A stretch of 64,000 nt of DNA from the NCBI GenBank assembly GCA_963663235.2, contig CAXXNO010000001.1:32001-96000 (forward strand). Reading direction: 5' to 3'. Of the stretch, positions 18,014 to 27,207 are shown piece after piece. A program made the translations under genes and the position numbers. Within the stretch, counting starts at the first letter, position 1; each line of letters opens with the position of its first letter. The notes beneath the pieces were generated by a model. That model saw nothing but the letters and a program-made list of their open reading frames with translations. It was not told where the DNA came from and did not search any database. The DNA is from Dehalococcoidia bacterium. Its GTDB lineage: Bacteria > Chloroflexota > Dehalococcoidia > Bin125.

Positions 18014-19909
18014 GTGATCCGGCGGGCAGCGATCGTGCTCGGCCTGGTCTGCGCTGTCCTATCACCGGTCGTCGCCTCTGCTGACACCTATCGTGTGCAG
18101 CCCGGCGACACGCTGTCCTCCATTGCCGGCCAACTCGACATCAGCGTCGATCTGCTGTTGCTGCTCAATTCCGACATCGAGTCGCCCGACCAGGTGTTCG
18201 TCGGCCAACTGCTCACCGTACCGGATCAAGACTCGCAGACCGTAAGCCCGTCCGCCGTCCGCGTGGTCCACACCGTGCAGCCCGGCGACACCCTGAGCGC
18301 GCTCGCGAGCCTGTACGGAGTGACGCAGGCGGCGATCCTGGCGCTCAACCCCGGCCTGGACCCGGACCTTCTGATCGTCGGAACCTCGATCGTCGTCCGC
18401 GACGACTCCGCCGCTGCCCCCACTGCCGCTCCCACTGCCGCTCCCGCTGCCGACCGCTGGCCCTACGTAGTCCAGCCGGGCGACACCTTCAGCGGCCTCG
18501 CGGCGCGCTTCGGCGTTTCGCTGGACCATCTGCTGGCGCTGAACCCAGACAGCCCCCCCGATCGGCTCCTGGTCGGCGACACGATCTTCGTCCCCGCCGG
18601 GGACAGCGCCGGGGACAGCGTCGCCCCGCCGCAAGAGCCCTCCGGCCCGGCCACCGTCGACTACGTGGTCCAGCCCGGCGATACCTACAGCGGCATCGCC
18701 GCCCGCTTCGGTCTCAGCACGGCAGAACTGCTCGCCCTCAACCCCGAGACGCCCCCCAACCGCCTCCTCGCCGGTGGGGTCATTCGCGTGCCCGCCGCGT
18801 CTCCGCTGGAGACGCCGATCGACGCCCCCGTTGTGGCGCCGGAACCCGAGCCGGACCTGACGATCTACGTGGTCGTTGCCGGCGACACCGCCTACGCCAT
18901 CGCCGCGACCTTCGGCCTCTCTCTCGCGGAGCTGGCGGCGCTCAACCCCAGCATCGATCTGAACCTGCTCCCCGTGGGCCAGACGCTGGTGGTCCCGGAC
19001 GTCGCCGCCGGGCTGGGCTGGGCGCCGGCGCAGGATCCCAGCGCAGCCCTCTACGTCGTCCAGCCCGGCGATACGCTGAGCGGCCTGGCCGAATCGGCCG
19101 GCATCAGCGTCGAGGCCTTGCTCGCCCTGAACCCCAGCCTGGACGCCGACCTCCTGCCCGTCGGCGCCGAGATCGTGCTCCCCGGCGTCCAGTCGGTCCC
19201 CTCCGCCTCGACGACGGTGATCATCGAGGTAGGGGACTCGATCGAGTACCTAGCGGCTCGTTTGGGGGTGCTCCCCCACACGCTCCTCGCGAACAACCCC
19301 CACATCGCCGGGTCCGGCTTCATCCCAGCCGGCACAGCGCTGGTCATCCCCAACCGCGAGGGCGTGCTCGTCACCGTTCAGCCCGGCGACACCCTCTCCG
19401 CGATCGCCGAGCGCAACGGCACGACCGTGGAGGCCATCCTGGCCGACCCGCGCAACGGCGTCTCCGACGCCAACCGCCTGATCATCGGGCAGGAGTTGAT
19501 CGTCCCCATCGCCGTGCCCCCATTCATCTGGCCGGTCCAGGGCGATATCACGGACACGTTCGGCGTCTGCCGGGCCTCGGATTGCTCCATCCGCCACCAC
19601 GGGCTGGACATCAGTCAGCGCAACAACCCGGGCGGTCCCGTGCTCGCGGCGGCCGGCGGCGTCGTCACGTTCGTCGGCGGCACCTACTGCTGCGGCCTGG
19701 GCCTCTACGTGGAGATCGACCACGGCGGCGGCTGGAAGAGCCGCTACGCCCACCTCTCGCAAATCGACGTGGTGGTGGAGGGCCAGGTGGTGGCGCAGGG
19801 CGAGGTCATCGGCAATACGGGCTGCACCGGTTGGTGTACCGGGGTGCACCTGCACCTAGAGCTCGAGCACAACGGCTGGCTGCTGGACGCCCGGAACTAC
19901 CTGCCTTAG
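18014..19909 (+). CDS. secreted multi-LysM (about 8) M23 peptidase (start uncertain)
   Basis: Signal peptide ending ASA; repeated VQPGDT...LNP; HHGLD, YAHL, HLHLE. Confidence 0.92.
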   Translation: MIRRAAIVLGLVCAVLSPVVASADTYRVQPGDTLSSIAGQLDISVDLLLLLNSDIESPDQVFVGQLLTVPDQDSQTVSPSAVRVVHTVQPGDTLSALASLYGVTQAAILALNPGLDPDLLIVGTSIVVRDDSAAAPTAAPTAAPAADRWPYVVQPGDTFSGLAARFGVSLDHLLALNPDSPPDRLLVGDTIFVPAGDSAGDSVAPPQEPSGPATVDYVVQPGDTYSGIAARFGLSTAELLALNPETPPNRLLAGGVIRVPAASPLETPIDAPVVAPEPEPDLTIYVVVAGDTAYAIAATFGLSLAELAALNPSIDLNLLPVGQTLVVPDVAAGLGWAPAQDPSAALYVVQPGDTLSGLAESAGISVEALLALNPSLDADLLPVGAEIVLPGVQSVPSASTTVIIEVGDSIEYLAARLGVLPHTLLANNPHIAGSGFIPAGTALVIPNREGVLVTVQPGDTLSAIAERNGTTVEAILADPRNGVSDANRLIIGQELIVPIAVPPFIWPVQGDITDTFGVCRASDCSIRHHGLDISQRNNPGGPVLAAAGGVVTFVGGTYCCGLGLYVEIDHGGGWKSRYAHLSQIDVVVEGQVVAQGEVIGNTGCTGWCTGVHLHLELEHNGWLLDARNYLP

Positions 19910-19927
19910 GCGCTCGACGCCGACGGC

Positions 19928-21652
19928 CTAGAACCCCTGATACCGGTTCGCGATCGGGAAGCGCCGCTCCTTGCCGAAGGCCCGCGGCGTGATCTTGATC
20001 CCCGGCGCCGCCTGCCGGCGCTTATATTCCGCCGCCGTCACCAGCGACATCACACGCCGCACGTCCGGCTCCGGGTACCCCGCCGCCACGATCTCCTCCA
20101 GGCTGCGATCCTCCTCCACGAACGCTTGCAGGATCGGATCGAGCTCGGCGTAGGGCAGCAGCGACTCTTCATCCAGCTGATCGGGCCGCAGCTCGGCGCT
20201 GGGCGGCTTCTCCAGGACGGCCGGCGGGATCAGCGTGCGCCCTGCGCGCTCGTTGGCGTAGCGCGAGAGCCGCTGCACCAGGGTCTTGGGCACGTCCTGC
20301 AAGATGGCCAGGCCGCCCGTCATGTCCCCGTACAGCGTGGCGTACCCCGTGGCCGTTTCGCTCTTGTTGCTCGTGCTCAGCACCAGCCAGCCGAACTTGT
20401 TGCTCAGCGCCATGATCAGGGTTCCCCGGATGCGCGCTTGCAGGTTCTCTTCCGCAACGTTCGGGCGGGTGTCCGCAAACGCATCGTGGAGCGCGTCAAG
20501 CATGGCCTGAAACGGCTGCTCGATCGGGATCGACAGCAGCCGGATCCCCAGGTTCTCCGCCAGCTCCACGGCGTCCCGCACGCTCCCCTCCGACGAATAC
20601 CGCGACGGCATCGATACCCCGATCACCTTCTCCGCCCCCAGCGCCTCCGCCGCGATGGCCGCCGTCAGGCTGGAGTCGATGCCGCCGGACAGCGCCACGA
20701 CCGCTTGCGTGAACCGCGTCTTGTGGGCGTAATCCCGCGTGCCCAGCACCAGCGCTTCGTAGACCTCCGCCTCTTCGCGGAGCGGCTCCGGGATTGTGGA
20801 AGCGGCGAGCGGCTGGGGCCGCGTGGGACGCGGGTCGGAGACCTGGATCGCCTCGCCCGCCCGCGCCGACAGCCGCCGCAACCGTGGGTCGTGCAGCCGG
20901 ACCTGGGTCACGTACTCCACGTCCAGGTCCGCCATCAGCATCGTCTCTTGGAAGAGCGGCGCCGCCGTCACCAGCTCCCCTTCCGGATCAAGGATCATGC
21001 TGCCGCCGTCGAATACCAGCGTGTCCTGTCCCCCAACCATGTTCAGGTAACAAACCCACACGGCGTTGTCCGACGCCCGCGTGGCCAGCATCCGTTCCCG
21101 CAAGTTCCGCTTGCCCGCGTGGAACGGCGACCCGTTGATGTTGAGGATGACTTCCGCCCCGGCCAGCGCCTGATCCTGCACCGGCCCGGACGAATACCAG
21201 ATGTCCTCGCAGATGCTCACGCCCACGCGCACGCCCGCGATGTCGAACACCGGCGCCTCGCCGCCCGGGCGGAAGTAGCGCGCCTCGTCGAAGACGCCGT
21301 ACGTCGGCAGGTGGTGCTTGTGGTACACCCCAGCCACCGCCCCATCGTGGATCACGGCGGCGGCGTTGTAGGCGTCGATGTCCAGGTCCACGAACCCCAC
21401 CACCACTGTGACGTGCCGCCCCGCCGTCGCTTCCCGCAGCCGGTCCAGCGTTTCCAGGTTGTCCCGCAGGAACCGGCCGCGCAGCACCAGGTCCTCCGGC
21501 GGGTAGCCGGTGATGGCCATCTCCGGAAAGGCCACGAGGTCCGCGCCCTGCGCCTCCGCCTCCTCCAGCCGCTCCACGATCCGGCGCAGGTTGCCTTCCA
21601 GGTCGCCGACCGTCAGGTTGATCTGCGCCAGGGCGATGCGGAGGCTACGCAT
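19928..21652 (-). CDS. nadE: glutamine-dependent NAD+ synthetase
   Basis: Nitrilase domain (FPE, K, ICEDIW), SGGIDS, ENLQARIRG, PPSAEL. Confidence 0.97.
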   Translation of the reverse strand: MRSLRIALAQINLTVGDLEGNLRRIVERLEEAEAQGADLVAFPEMAITGYPPEDLVLRGRFLRDNLETLDRLREATAGRHVTVVVGFVDLDIDAYNAAAVIHDGAVAGVYHKHHLPTYGVFDEARYFRPGGEAPVFDIAGVRVGVSICEDIWYSSGPVQDQALAGAEVILNINGSPFHAGKRNLRERMLATRASDNAVWVCYLNMVGGQDTLVFDGGSMILDPEGELVTAAPLFQETMLMADLDVEYVTQVRLHDPRLRRLSARAGEAIQVSDPRPTRPQPLAASTIPEPLREEAEVYEALVLGTRDYAHKTRFTQAVVALSGGIDSSLTAAIAAEALGAEKVIGVSMPSRYSSEGSVRDAVELAENLGIRLLSIPIEQPFQAMLDALHDAFADTRPNVAEENLQARIRGTLIMALSNKFGWLVLSTSNKSETATGYATLYGDMTGGLAILQDVPKTLVQRLSRYANERAGRTLIPPAVLEKPPSAELRPDQLDEESLLPYAELDPILQAFVEEDRSLEEIVAAGYPEPDVRRVMSLVTAAEYKRRQAAPGIKITPRAFGKERRFPIANRYQGF

Positions 21653-21690
21653 GGGCTTGATTGCTGCTCCGCCTTGGTGCTCGGATCGAC

Positions 21691-21711
21691 TTAGTGTCAC
21701 AAGAACACTAA
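21691..21711. promoter_or_regulatory. NrtR-like operator palindrome TTAGTGT-N7-ACACTAA
   Basis: AT-rich 21-bp inverted repeat with GT-N7-AC core, about 40 bp upstream of nadE. Confidence 0.75.
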
Positions 21712-21814
21712 CTCTAAGAGTAACCGTCGGCGGCCGTCAATCGGCGCTCGCCCGCCCGGCGCTCGCCGCAACAGTCGCGCCAACGATACACTCGACGCAC
21801 TGAGTCGTTCGCCC

Positions 21815-22780
21815 ATGACCGATCCATCGTCCCAGCCTGCCGTCGCCTTGAACGGCGCCACCTTCTTGTACGAGGGCGGCCGCGGCGTTCACGACGTCAC
21901 GCTGTCCCTCGCTCCCGGGACGATCCTGGGGTTGCTCGGGCCCAACGGCTCCGGCAAGAGCACCATCCTCAGCATGGTGGCCGGGTTCCGCACGCCTGCG
22001 AGCGGCTCGGTGCGCGTGCTGGGGGCGCACTTGACGTCCCAGGCGCGCGCGCGCATGGGACTCCTCTTTCAGGAGTCGAGTCTGGACCCCCTCATGACCG
22101 TGCAAGAGACGCTGTGGCTGCACGGCCGCCTCTTCGGGCTGGGCGGCGGCGCGCTGCGCGCCCGCTCGCGCGAGCTCCTGCGGCTCGTCGGCCTCGACGA
22201 TCGCCACCACGATGCGGTCGAGACCCTGTCCGGCGGGCTCAAGCGCCGCCTGGAGCTGGCCCGCTGTCTCCTGCACCGGCCCACGCTGCTCCTGCTTGAT
22301 GAGCCCACGATCGCCCTGGACCCGGACTCCCGGGTCCAGCTCTGGGACCTGCTCCAGGCCGTCAACGCCGAGGGCGCCGCCCTCCTCCTGGCCACCAACG
22401 ACGTAGCCGAGGCGGAGCGCTACTGCCACACCGTCGCCTTCCTCGACCGCGGGCGCCTGGTTCGCGAGGGCGCGCCCGCCGACCTCAAGCGCAACCTGCG
22501 CCGCGACTCCGTCCGCATCGACTGGCCCCAGCCGCCCCCCGACATCGACGGCGCGCTGATGGGCTGGGACGGCGTCGGCGGCGTCACTTGGGCCCCGCCC
22601 ATGCTCCACGTCACGGTCGACGACGCCTCCACTTTCGTGCCGGCGCTGTTCGCCGTCTCCGGGGGCGGCATTCGCGGCCTGCGCATCCACGAGTCGACGC
22701 TAGAGGACGCCTACTTCCAACTGGTCGGCGCCCCCTTCTCGCCCAACGGGGCCGCGGGCGGAACGGACCCGCCGGAGTGA
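21815..22780 (+). CDS. ABC transporter ATP-binding protein (DrrA-like)
   Basis: GPNGSGKS, LSGG, LLLLDEPT; H-loop reads TN. Confidence 0.93.
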   Translation: MTDPSSQPAVALNGATFLYEGGRGVHDVTLSLAPGTILGLLGPNGSGKSTILSMVAGFRTPASGSVRVLGAHLTSQARARMGLLFQESSLDPLMTVQETLWLHGRLFGLGGGALRARSRELLRLVGLDDRHHDAVETLSGGLKRRLELARCLLHRPTLLLLDEPTIALDPDSRVQLWDLLQAVNAEGAALLLATNDVAEAERYCHTVAFLDRGRLVREGAPADLKRNLRRDSVRIDWPQPPPDIDGALMGWDGVGGVTWAPPMLHVTVDDASTFVPALFAVSGGGIRGLRIHESTLEDAYFQLVGAPFSPNGAAGGTDPPE

Positions 22781-23577
22781 GCGGCGTCGTCGCCACCGCC
22801 GTGGCTTGCAGCGCACTCTTGCAGCGCGACCTCCGGGCCTTCGTGCGCTCCCGCTCGCAGCTCTACTCGTCCGTGCTGCTGCCCCTGATGCTGCTGGCGA
22901 TCTTGGGGACGGGCGTCTCCGATGGCCTCGACCCCGCGTCCGAGATCATTCGCGACGGCGACTACGTCTCCTACCTCGCGCCGGGCATGATCGCGCTGAC
23001 GGCGCTCTTCTCCTCCACCTTCTCCAGCGCCTCCTTCTACCGCGACCGCGACAGCGGCATGCTGCGCACCTTCCTCGCCTCGCCCCACGGCCCGCGCACG
23101 ATCTTGCTCGGCAAGGCTCTCGCGGCCGTGGTCATCGGAACGGTGCAGGCGCTGCTCATCCTGGCGGTGGCGGTGGTGATTCCGGGCATCGATCTGGGCT
23201 GGCAGTACGGCTGGGTGGGCGGTCTGGGGATGGTGATCGCGGGCGTGCTCGCCCTGAACCTTTTGCTTTCGGGGCTCGCCCTGCTCCTCGCCACCCGCAT
23301 CCGCACCATGCAGGGCTTCCACCTGGTCATGAACCTGGTGCTCTTCCCCCTCTTCTTCCTCTCGGGAGCGTTCTTCCCCTTGCAGGAACTGCCCGATTGG
23401 CTCTACGTGCTGGGCTTGATCAATCCGCTCACGTACGCGGTCGATCTCCTGCAGACGGCAGCCTATGCGGAGAACACGCGCGGCTTCATCGGCCCGGCGA
23501 TCGACTTCGCGGTACTGGGTGGGCTCGCCTTGCTGCTCTTCACGGTCGGGCTCCGGCGCCATCCGCGCCTCATCTGA
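22777..23577 (+). CDS. ABC-2 type permease
   Basis: GTGA overlap; YLAPG, FLSGAFFP, NPLTYAVD. Confidence 0.92.
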   Translation: MSGVVATAVACSALLQRDLRAFVRSRSQLYSSVLLPLMLLAILGTGVSDGLDPASEIIRDGDYVSYLAPGMIALTALFSSTFSSASFYRDRDSGMLRTFLASPHGPRTILLGKALAAVVIGTVQALLILAVAVVIPGIDLGWQYGWVGGLGMVIAGVLALNLLLSGLALLLATRIRTMQGFHLVMNLVLFPLFFLSGAFFPLQELPDWLYVLGLINPLTYAVDLLQTAAYAENTRGFIGPAIDFAVLGGLALLLFTVGLRRHPRLI

Positions 23578-23584
23578 GCCGCCC

Positions 23585-24541
23585 CTACAGCACCACCTCA
23601 TCGACGGCGGCCGCGATGAACAGCAACGGCAAGTAGATGATCGAGTACCAGAAGAGGGTCATCGGCGCGATACGGCCTCGCCACAGGCGTCCCGCCAGCG
23701 CGATGAAGAGCAGGCCCAGCGCGATCGCCACGCCCAGATAGAGCCACCCCGCCGCTCCCACCGCCACCAGCAGCACCGAGGCGACCATCAGCGCGACGGA
23801 ATACCACAACATCTGACGCTTCGTCGCCGCCTCGCCGACGGCCACCGGCAACATCGGGATCCCGGCCCGCGCGTACTCATCCTTGTAGCGCAGCGCCAGC
23901 GCCCAGAAATGCGGCGGCGTCCAGAGGAAGACGATCAGGAACAGCAGCAGCGGTGCGACCTCGATGTCGCCGCGCACCGCCGCCCAGCCCACCAGCGGCG
24001 GCACCGCGCCCGCCGCGCCACCGATCACGATGTTCTGCGGCGTACGGCGCTTCAACCAGACGGTATAGACCAGCACGTAGAACGCGACGGCCGCCAGCGC
24101 CAGCGCCGCACTCAAGGCGTTGACGGCCAGCCCTAACTCCACGCCGCCCAGCGCCGCCAGCGCCAAGCCAAACAGCAGCGCCCGCCGCGGCGTGATCCGT
24201 CCCTGCGGCAGCGGCCGTCGGCGTGTGCGTGCCATGACCGCGTCGATGTCGCGGTCGAACCACTGGTTCATCGCGTTCGCCCCACCCGCGGTCAGCATGC
24301 CGCCGACCAGCGTCAGCAGGACCAGACCGGTATCGGGCCAGCCCTCCGCCGCCAGCACCATGGCGGGGACGGTCGTCACCAGCAGGAGCCACACGATCCC
24401 CGGCTTGGCCAGGGTCGTGTAGGCGTGCAGCGTGCGCCGGGCCTCTACGACCCAGCCCGCCCCCTGCGCCGCCAGCGGCGCCGGGAGCTCCGCGCCCACC
24501 GTCGCGGACGGCGACCGCATCTGCGCCGGCTTGCTAGTCAT
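23585..24541 (-). CDS. ctaB: heme o synthase (protoheme IX farnesyltransferase)
   Basis: DRDIDAVMARTRRRPLP, LKRRTPQNIVIGG, WTPPHFWALA. Confidence 0.96.
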   Translation of the reverse strand: MTSKPAQMRSPSATVGAELPAPLAAQGAGWVVEARRTLHAYTTLAKPGIVWLLLVTTVPAMVLAAEGWPDTGLVLLTLVGGMLTAGGANAMNQWFDRDIDAVMARTRRRPLPQGRITPRRALLFGLALAALGGVELGLAVNALSAALALAAVAFYVLVYTVWLKRRTPQNIVIGGAAGAVPPLVGWAAVRGDIEVAPLLLFLIVFLWTPPHFWALALRYKDEYARAGIPMLPVAVGEAATKRQMLWYSVALMVASVLLVAVGAAGWLYLGVAIALGLLFIALAGRLWRGRIAPMTLFWYSIIYLPLLFIAAAVDEVVL

Positions 24542-25589
24542 TGGCCCGTCTCTCCGCCATCCGCGGCCGCCACGGCCGCAGGCTGGGCCGCGGCCCGGTC
24601 CGTGCCACGGAGGGGACCCAGGCCGCTCGCTCCGCCGCCCACGCCGCCAGCACGGTTGCGCCGAGCCAGAGCGACGCCGCCACGGCCACGTGAAGCACGC
24701 GCGCCCACTCCGTGAGTGTGGTCCAGATATTAGCCGCACCGATAAACACCTGCGCCAGGTACAAGGCCCCAACCACGACCGCCAGCAGCAGGAGGCGCGG
24801 CTCCGTCCGCCGGCCTCGCCAGGCTGCGATCATCGTCGCCAGCACGACGAGTCCCACGCCGGCCGCAAGGTAGCGGTGCGCCATGTGCAGCGCCGGCCGA
24901 TCGCCCGCGGGCAGGAGACTGTCGTTGCACAGCGGCCAGCCGCCGCAGGCGAAGCCGGCCTCCGAACCCGAGACCCAGGACCCCACCAGCATTAACGCCA
25001 GCACGCTCACCAGCGTCGCGGCGGCCAGTCGCGCCGTGACGACGGCGGGCCCGCCGCCTACCCGGAGAGCGGGCCCGGCCCGCCGCGCCGAGGGCGTCGC
25101 GAAGCTGGCAAGCAATCCCACGGTGAGGAGCAGCACCAGCACGAGCGCCGTGCCCAAGTGCGCCGTCACGATCTCCGGCGGAAGATTTTCCGTGACGGTG
25201 AGCCCGCCCAGGATCACCTGCACCCCCAGCACCACCAGCGCCGCGGTGATCGGCAAGACCACCCAGGCCCGGTCCCGATGCGCCCTCCACGCGCCGATGA
25301 CGAAAGCGACGATCGCCAGCCCTACGATGCTGGCCACCAGCCGGTGCGTCCATTCGATCCACACGTGGTAGTCGCCCCCGGGTACGAGCTTGCCGTTGCA
25401 GAGCGGCCAGTCCGGGCAAGCCAGGCCGGAGTCGGTGACGCGCACGGTCGCCCCCAGTGTGATCAGGGCGACCGTTCCTGCCAGTGTGGCCATCCCCCAC
25501 AACTGGAACACGCTGGGGCGTCGCCGCCTTACGGCCCCGCTCACCGCGGTGGACCCGTCACGCTCGCGCGCCGCTCCGCGATCACGCAT
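24534..25589 (-). CDS. ctaA: heme A synthase (COX15/CtaA)
   Basis: GLACPDWPLC, EWTHR, second ACGGWPLC and HR motifs. Confidence 0.93.
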   Translation of the reverse strand: MRDRGAARERDGSTAVSGAVRRRRPSVFQLWGMATLAGTVALITLGATVRVTDSGLACPDWPLCNGKLVPGGDYHVWIEWTHRLVASIVGLAIVAFVIGAWRAHRDRAWVVLPITAALVVLGVQVILGGLTVTENLPPEIVTAHLGTALVLVLLLTVGLLASFATPSARRAGPALRVGGGPAVVTARLAAATLVSVLALMLVGSWVSGSEAGFACGGWPLCNDSLLPAGDRPALHMAHRYLAAGVGLVVLATMIAAWRGRRTEPRLLLLAVVVGALYLAQVFIGAANIWTTLTEWARVLHVAVAASLWLGATVLAAWAAERAAWVPSVARTGPRPSLRPWRPRMAERRAND

Positions 25590-26529
25590 GCCGCTTTGCC
25601 AAGTCACGCACCAGGTCGCCCCGCCGCCCTTTGAAGTGTTCGTGTTCCGCCCAGTAGTACACGGTAGTCAGGATTGCGAGGAAGAACATCATGGTGCCCG
25701 GGACCCACATGACGCCGGCGCCGATGCGCTGGTCGGTGAGAGCGCTCGGGCCCCAGTCACGCGCGACATCCACGTAGATAGCGTACAGCGGGTCGTCTGT
25801 GCCGCTCAGGATCAGCGCCAGCGCAATGGTCTGCAGGACCGCCGCGATGAGCAACGCAATCCGTCCGATGTGCGCCGGTCGCAGCCGCGTGGCGTCCACC
25901 GCGACGATCAGCCACCAGAAGAGCGCCGCCGTGACGACGAAGCTGCCGTGCTCCACGCCATGGACCACTTCGTTGCGCACGGCCGCCTGGTAGGCGCCGG
26001 GCACATGCCAGACCGAGATAGCCACGACGAACAAGACCAGCGCCACCGGCGGATAGGTGAGGACGCGCAGCGCCCGGCTCTCCAGCAGCGGGATGAAATA
26101 GGTGCGCCGCACCCGCGTCGACGCCGACCGCAGCGCCAGCGTGGCCGGCGCTCCCAGCAGCAGCAGCGGCACGACCACCATGACCATCACCATGTGTTGC
26201 ACCATGTGCACCCAGAAGAGGTCGTCGCCGTAGTTGTCGATGGGCGAGACCTCCACCAGCAGCAGCAACAGCGCCCCCGCCCCGAACGCCGCCACATGCC
26301 AGGCCGGAAAGTGGAACGTCGGCGCGCACCGCCGCAGCCGCACATATCCCCAGCCGTACAGCCCCACGAGCACCGCGACGGTCACGAATCCGACCGGGGC
26401 CAGCGACCACTCCGCCAGCGCGTCGGGAAAGCGGCCGCTCACCGCTGCTCCGCCGTGCGCCAGCGCGACGCTGGGCGTCAGCGCCAGGGCAGCCGCAGCC
26501 GCGATGATCCATGTTCGGCGCCTCAGCAC
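25582..26529 (-). CDS. ctaG: cytochrome c oxidase assembly factor CtaG (caa3 type)
   Basis: HMVQHM, WHVP, HGVEH, DQRIGAGVMW. Confidence 0.92.
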   Translation of the reverse strand: MLRRRTWIIAAAAALALTPSVALAHGGAAVSGRFPDALAEWSLAPVGFVTVAVLVGLYGWGYVRLRRCAPTFHFPAWHVAAFGAGALLLLLVEVSPIDNYGDDLFWVHMVQHMVMVMVVVPLLLLGAPATLALRSASTRVRRTYFIPLLESRALRVLTYPPVALVLFVVAISVWHVPGAYQAAVRNEVVHGVEHGSFVVTAALFWWLIVAVDATRLRPAHIGRIALLIAAVLQTIALALILSGTDDPLYAIYVDVARDWGPSALTDQRIGAGVMWVPGTMMFFLAILTTVYYWAEHEHFKGRRGDLVRDLAKRHA

Positions 26530-26585
26530 GTCCCATTCCTACCGGCGGCGCCATGGCCCACCCACTGCCCCGCGCGCACGCAAGT

Positions 26586-27197
26586 TTAGACGATGAAGAG
26601 CAGCGAGAAGAGCAGGATCCAGACCACGTCGACGAAGTGCCAGTACATCGACGCGGCCTCCACCGCGGTGTTGCGCTCGGCGTCGAAGTGGCCCAGGTAG
26701 GTCCGCAGCCACAGCGTGAAGATGAACAGCAGCCCACCGAGCACGTGCGCGCCGTGGAAGCCCGTCAGCAGGTAGAACGTGGCCCCGTACGGCCCGTCGC
26801 TGATGCCAAAGTCCAGCGCCGCCCATTCCAGCCCGGTGTTGATGATGAACGCCGTTCCCAGCACCAGCGTGAAGAGCAGCCCCCAGCGCAGGGCCCGGCG
26901 ATTGCCCGTGCGGATCGCCACCGCCGCCCACTGCATCGGGATGCTGCTGGCCAGCAGGAAGATGGTGAAGAGGATCGGCCGGAAGCCCACCTCCAGCGTC
27001 TCCCCCCCGTTGGCGGGCGCCCACACCAGCGCGTCGTTGCGGAGCGCCAGGTAGGCGGCGATGAGGCCGGAGAAGAACATCACCTCCGAGAAGATGAAGA
27101 AGACCATCCCCCAGAGCCCTACGGTCATGGGCTCTTCGCCCACAAAGATGCGGCGCAGGAAGTGGGGCTGCCGGGCGGCGTGCGCTTGGGTTGTCAT
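26586..27197 (-). CDS. ctaE: cytochrome c oxidase subunit III (short form)
   Basis: FIFSEVMFF, TGFHGAHV, YWHFVDVVW. Confidence 0.95.
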   Translation of the reverse strand: MTTQAHAARQPHFLRRIFVGEEPMTVGLWGMVFFIFSEVMFFSGLIAAYLALRNDALVWAPANGGETLEVGFRPILFTIFLLASSIPMQWAAVAIRTGNRRALRWGLLFTLVLGTAFIINTGLEWAALDFGISDGPYGATFYLLTGFHGAHVLGGLLFIFTLWLRTYLGHFDAERNTAVEAASMYWHFVDVVWILLFSLLFIV

Positions 27198-27207
27198 GCC
27201 GCCCTCC

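Noticed and set aside
18409-18450. 12-bp tandem repeat CCCACTGCCGCT
   Set aside because: Encodes an APTA linker between LysM domains; ordinary low-complexity coding sequence
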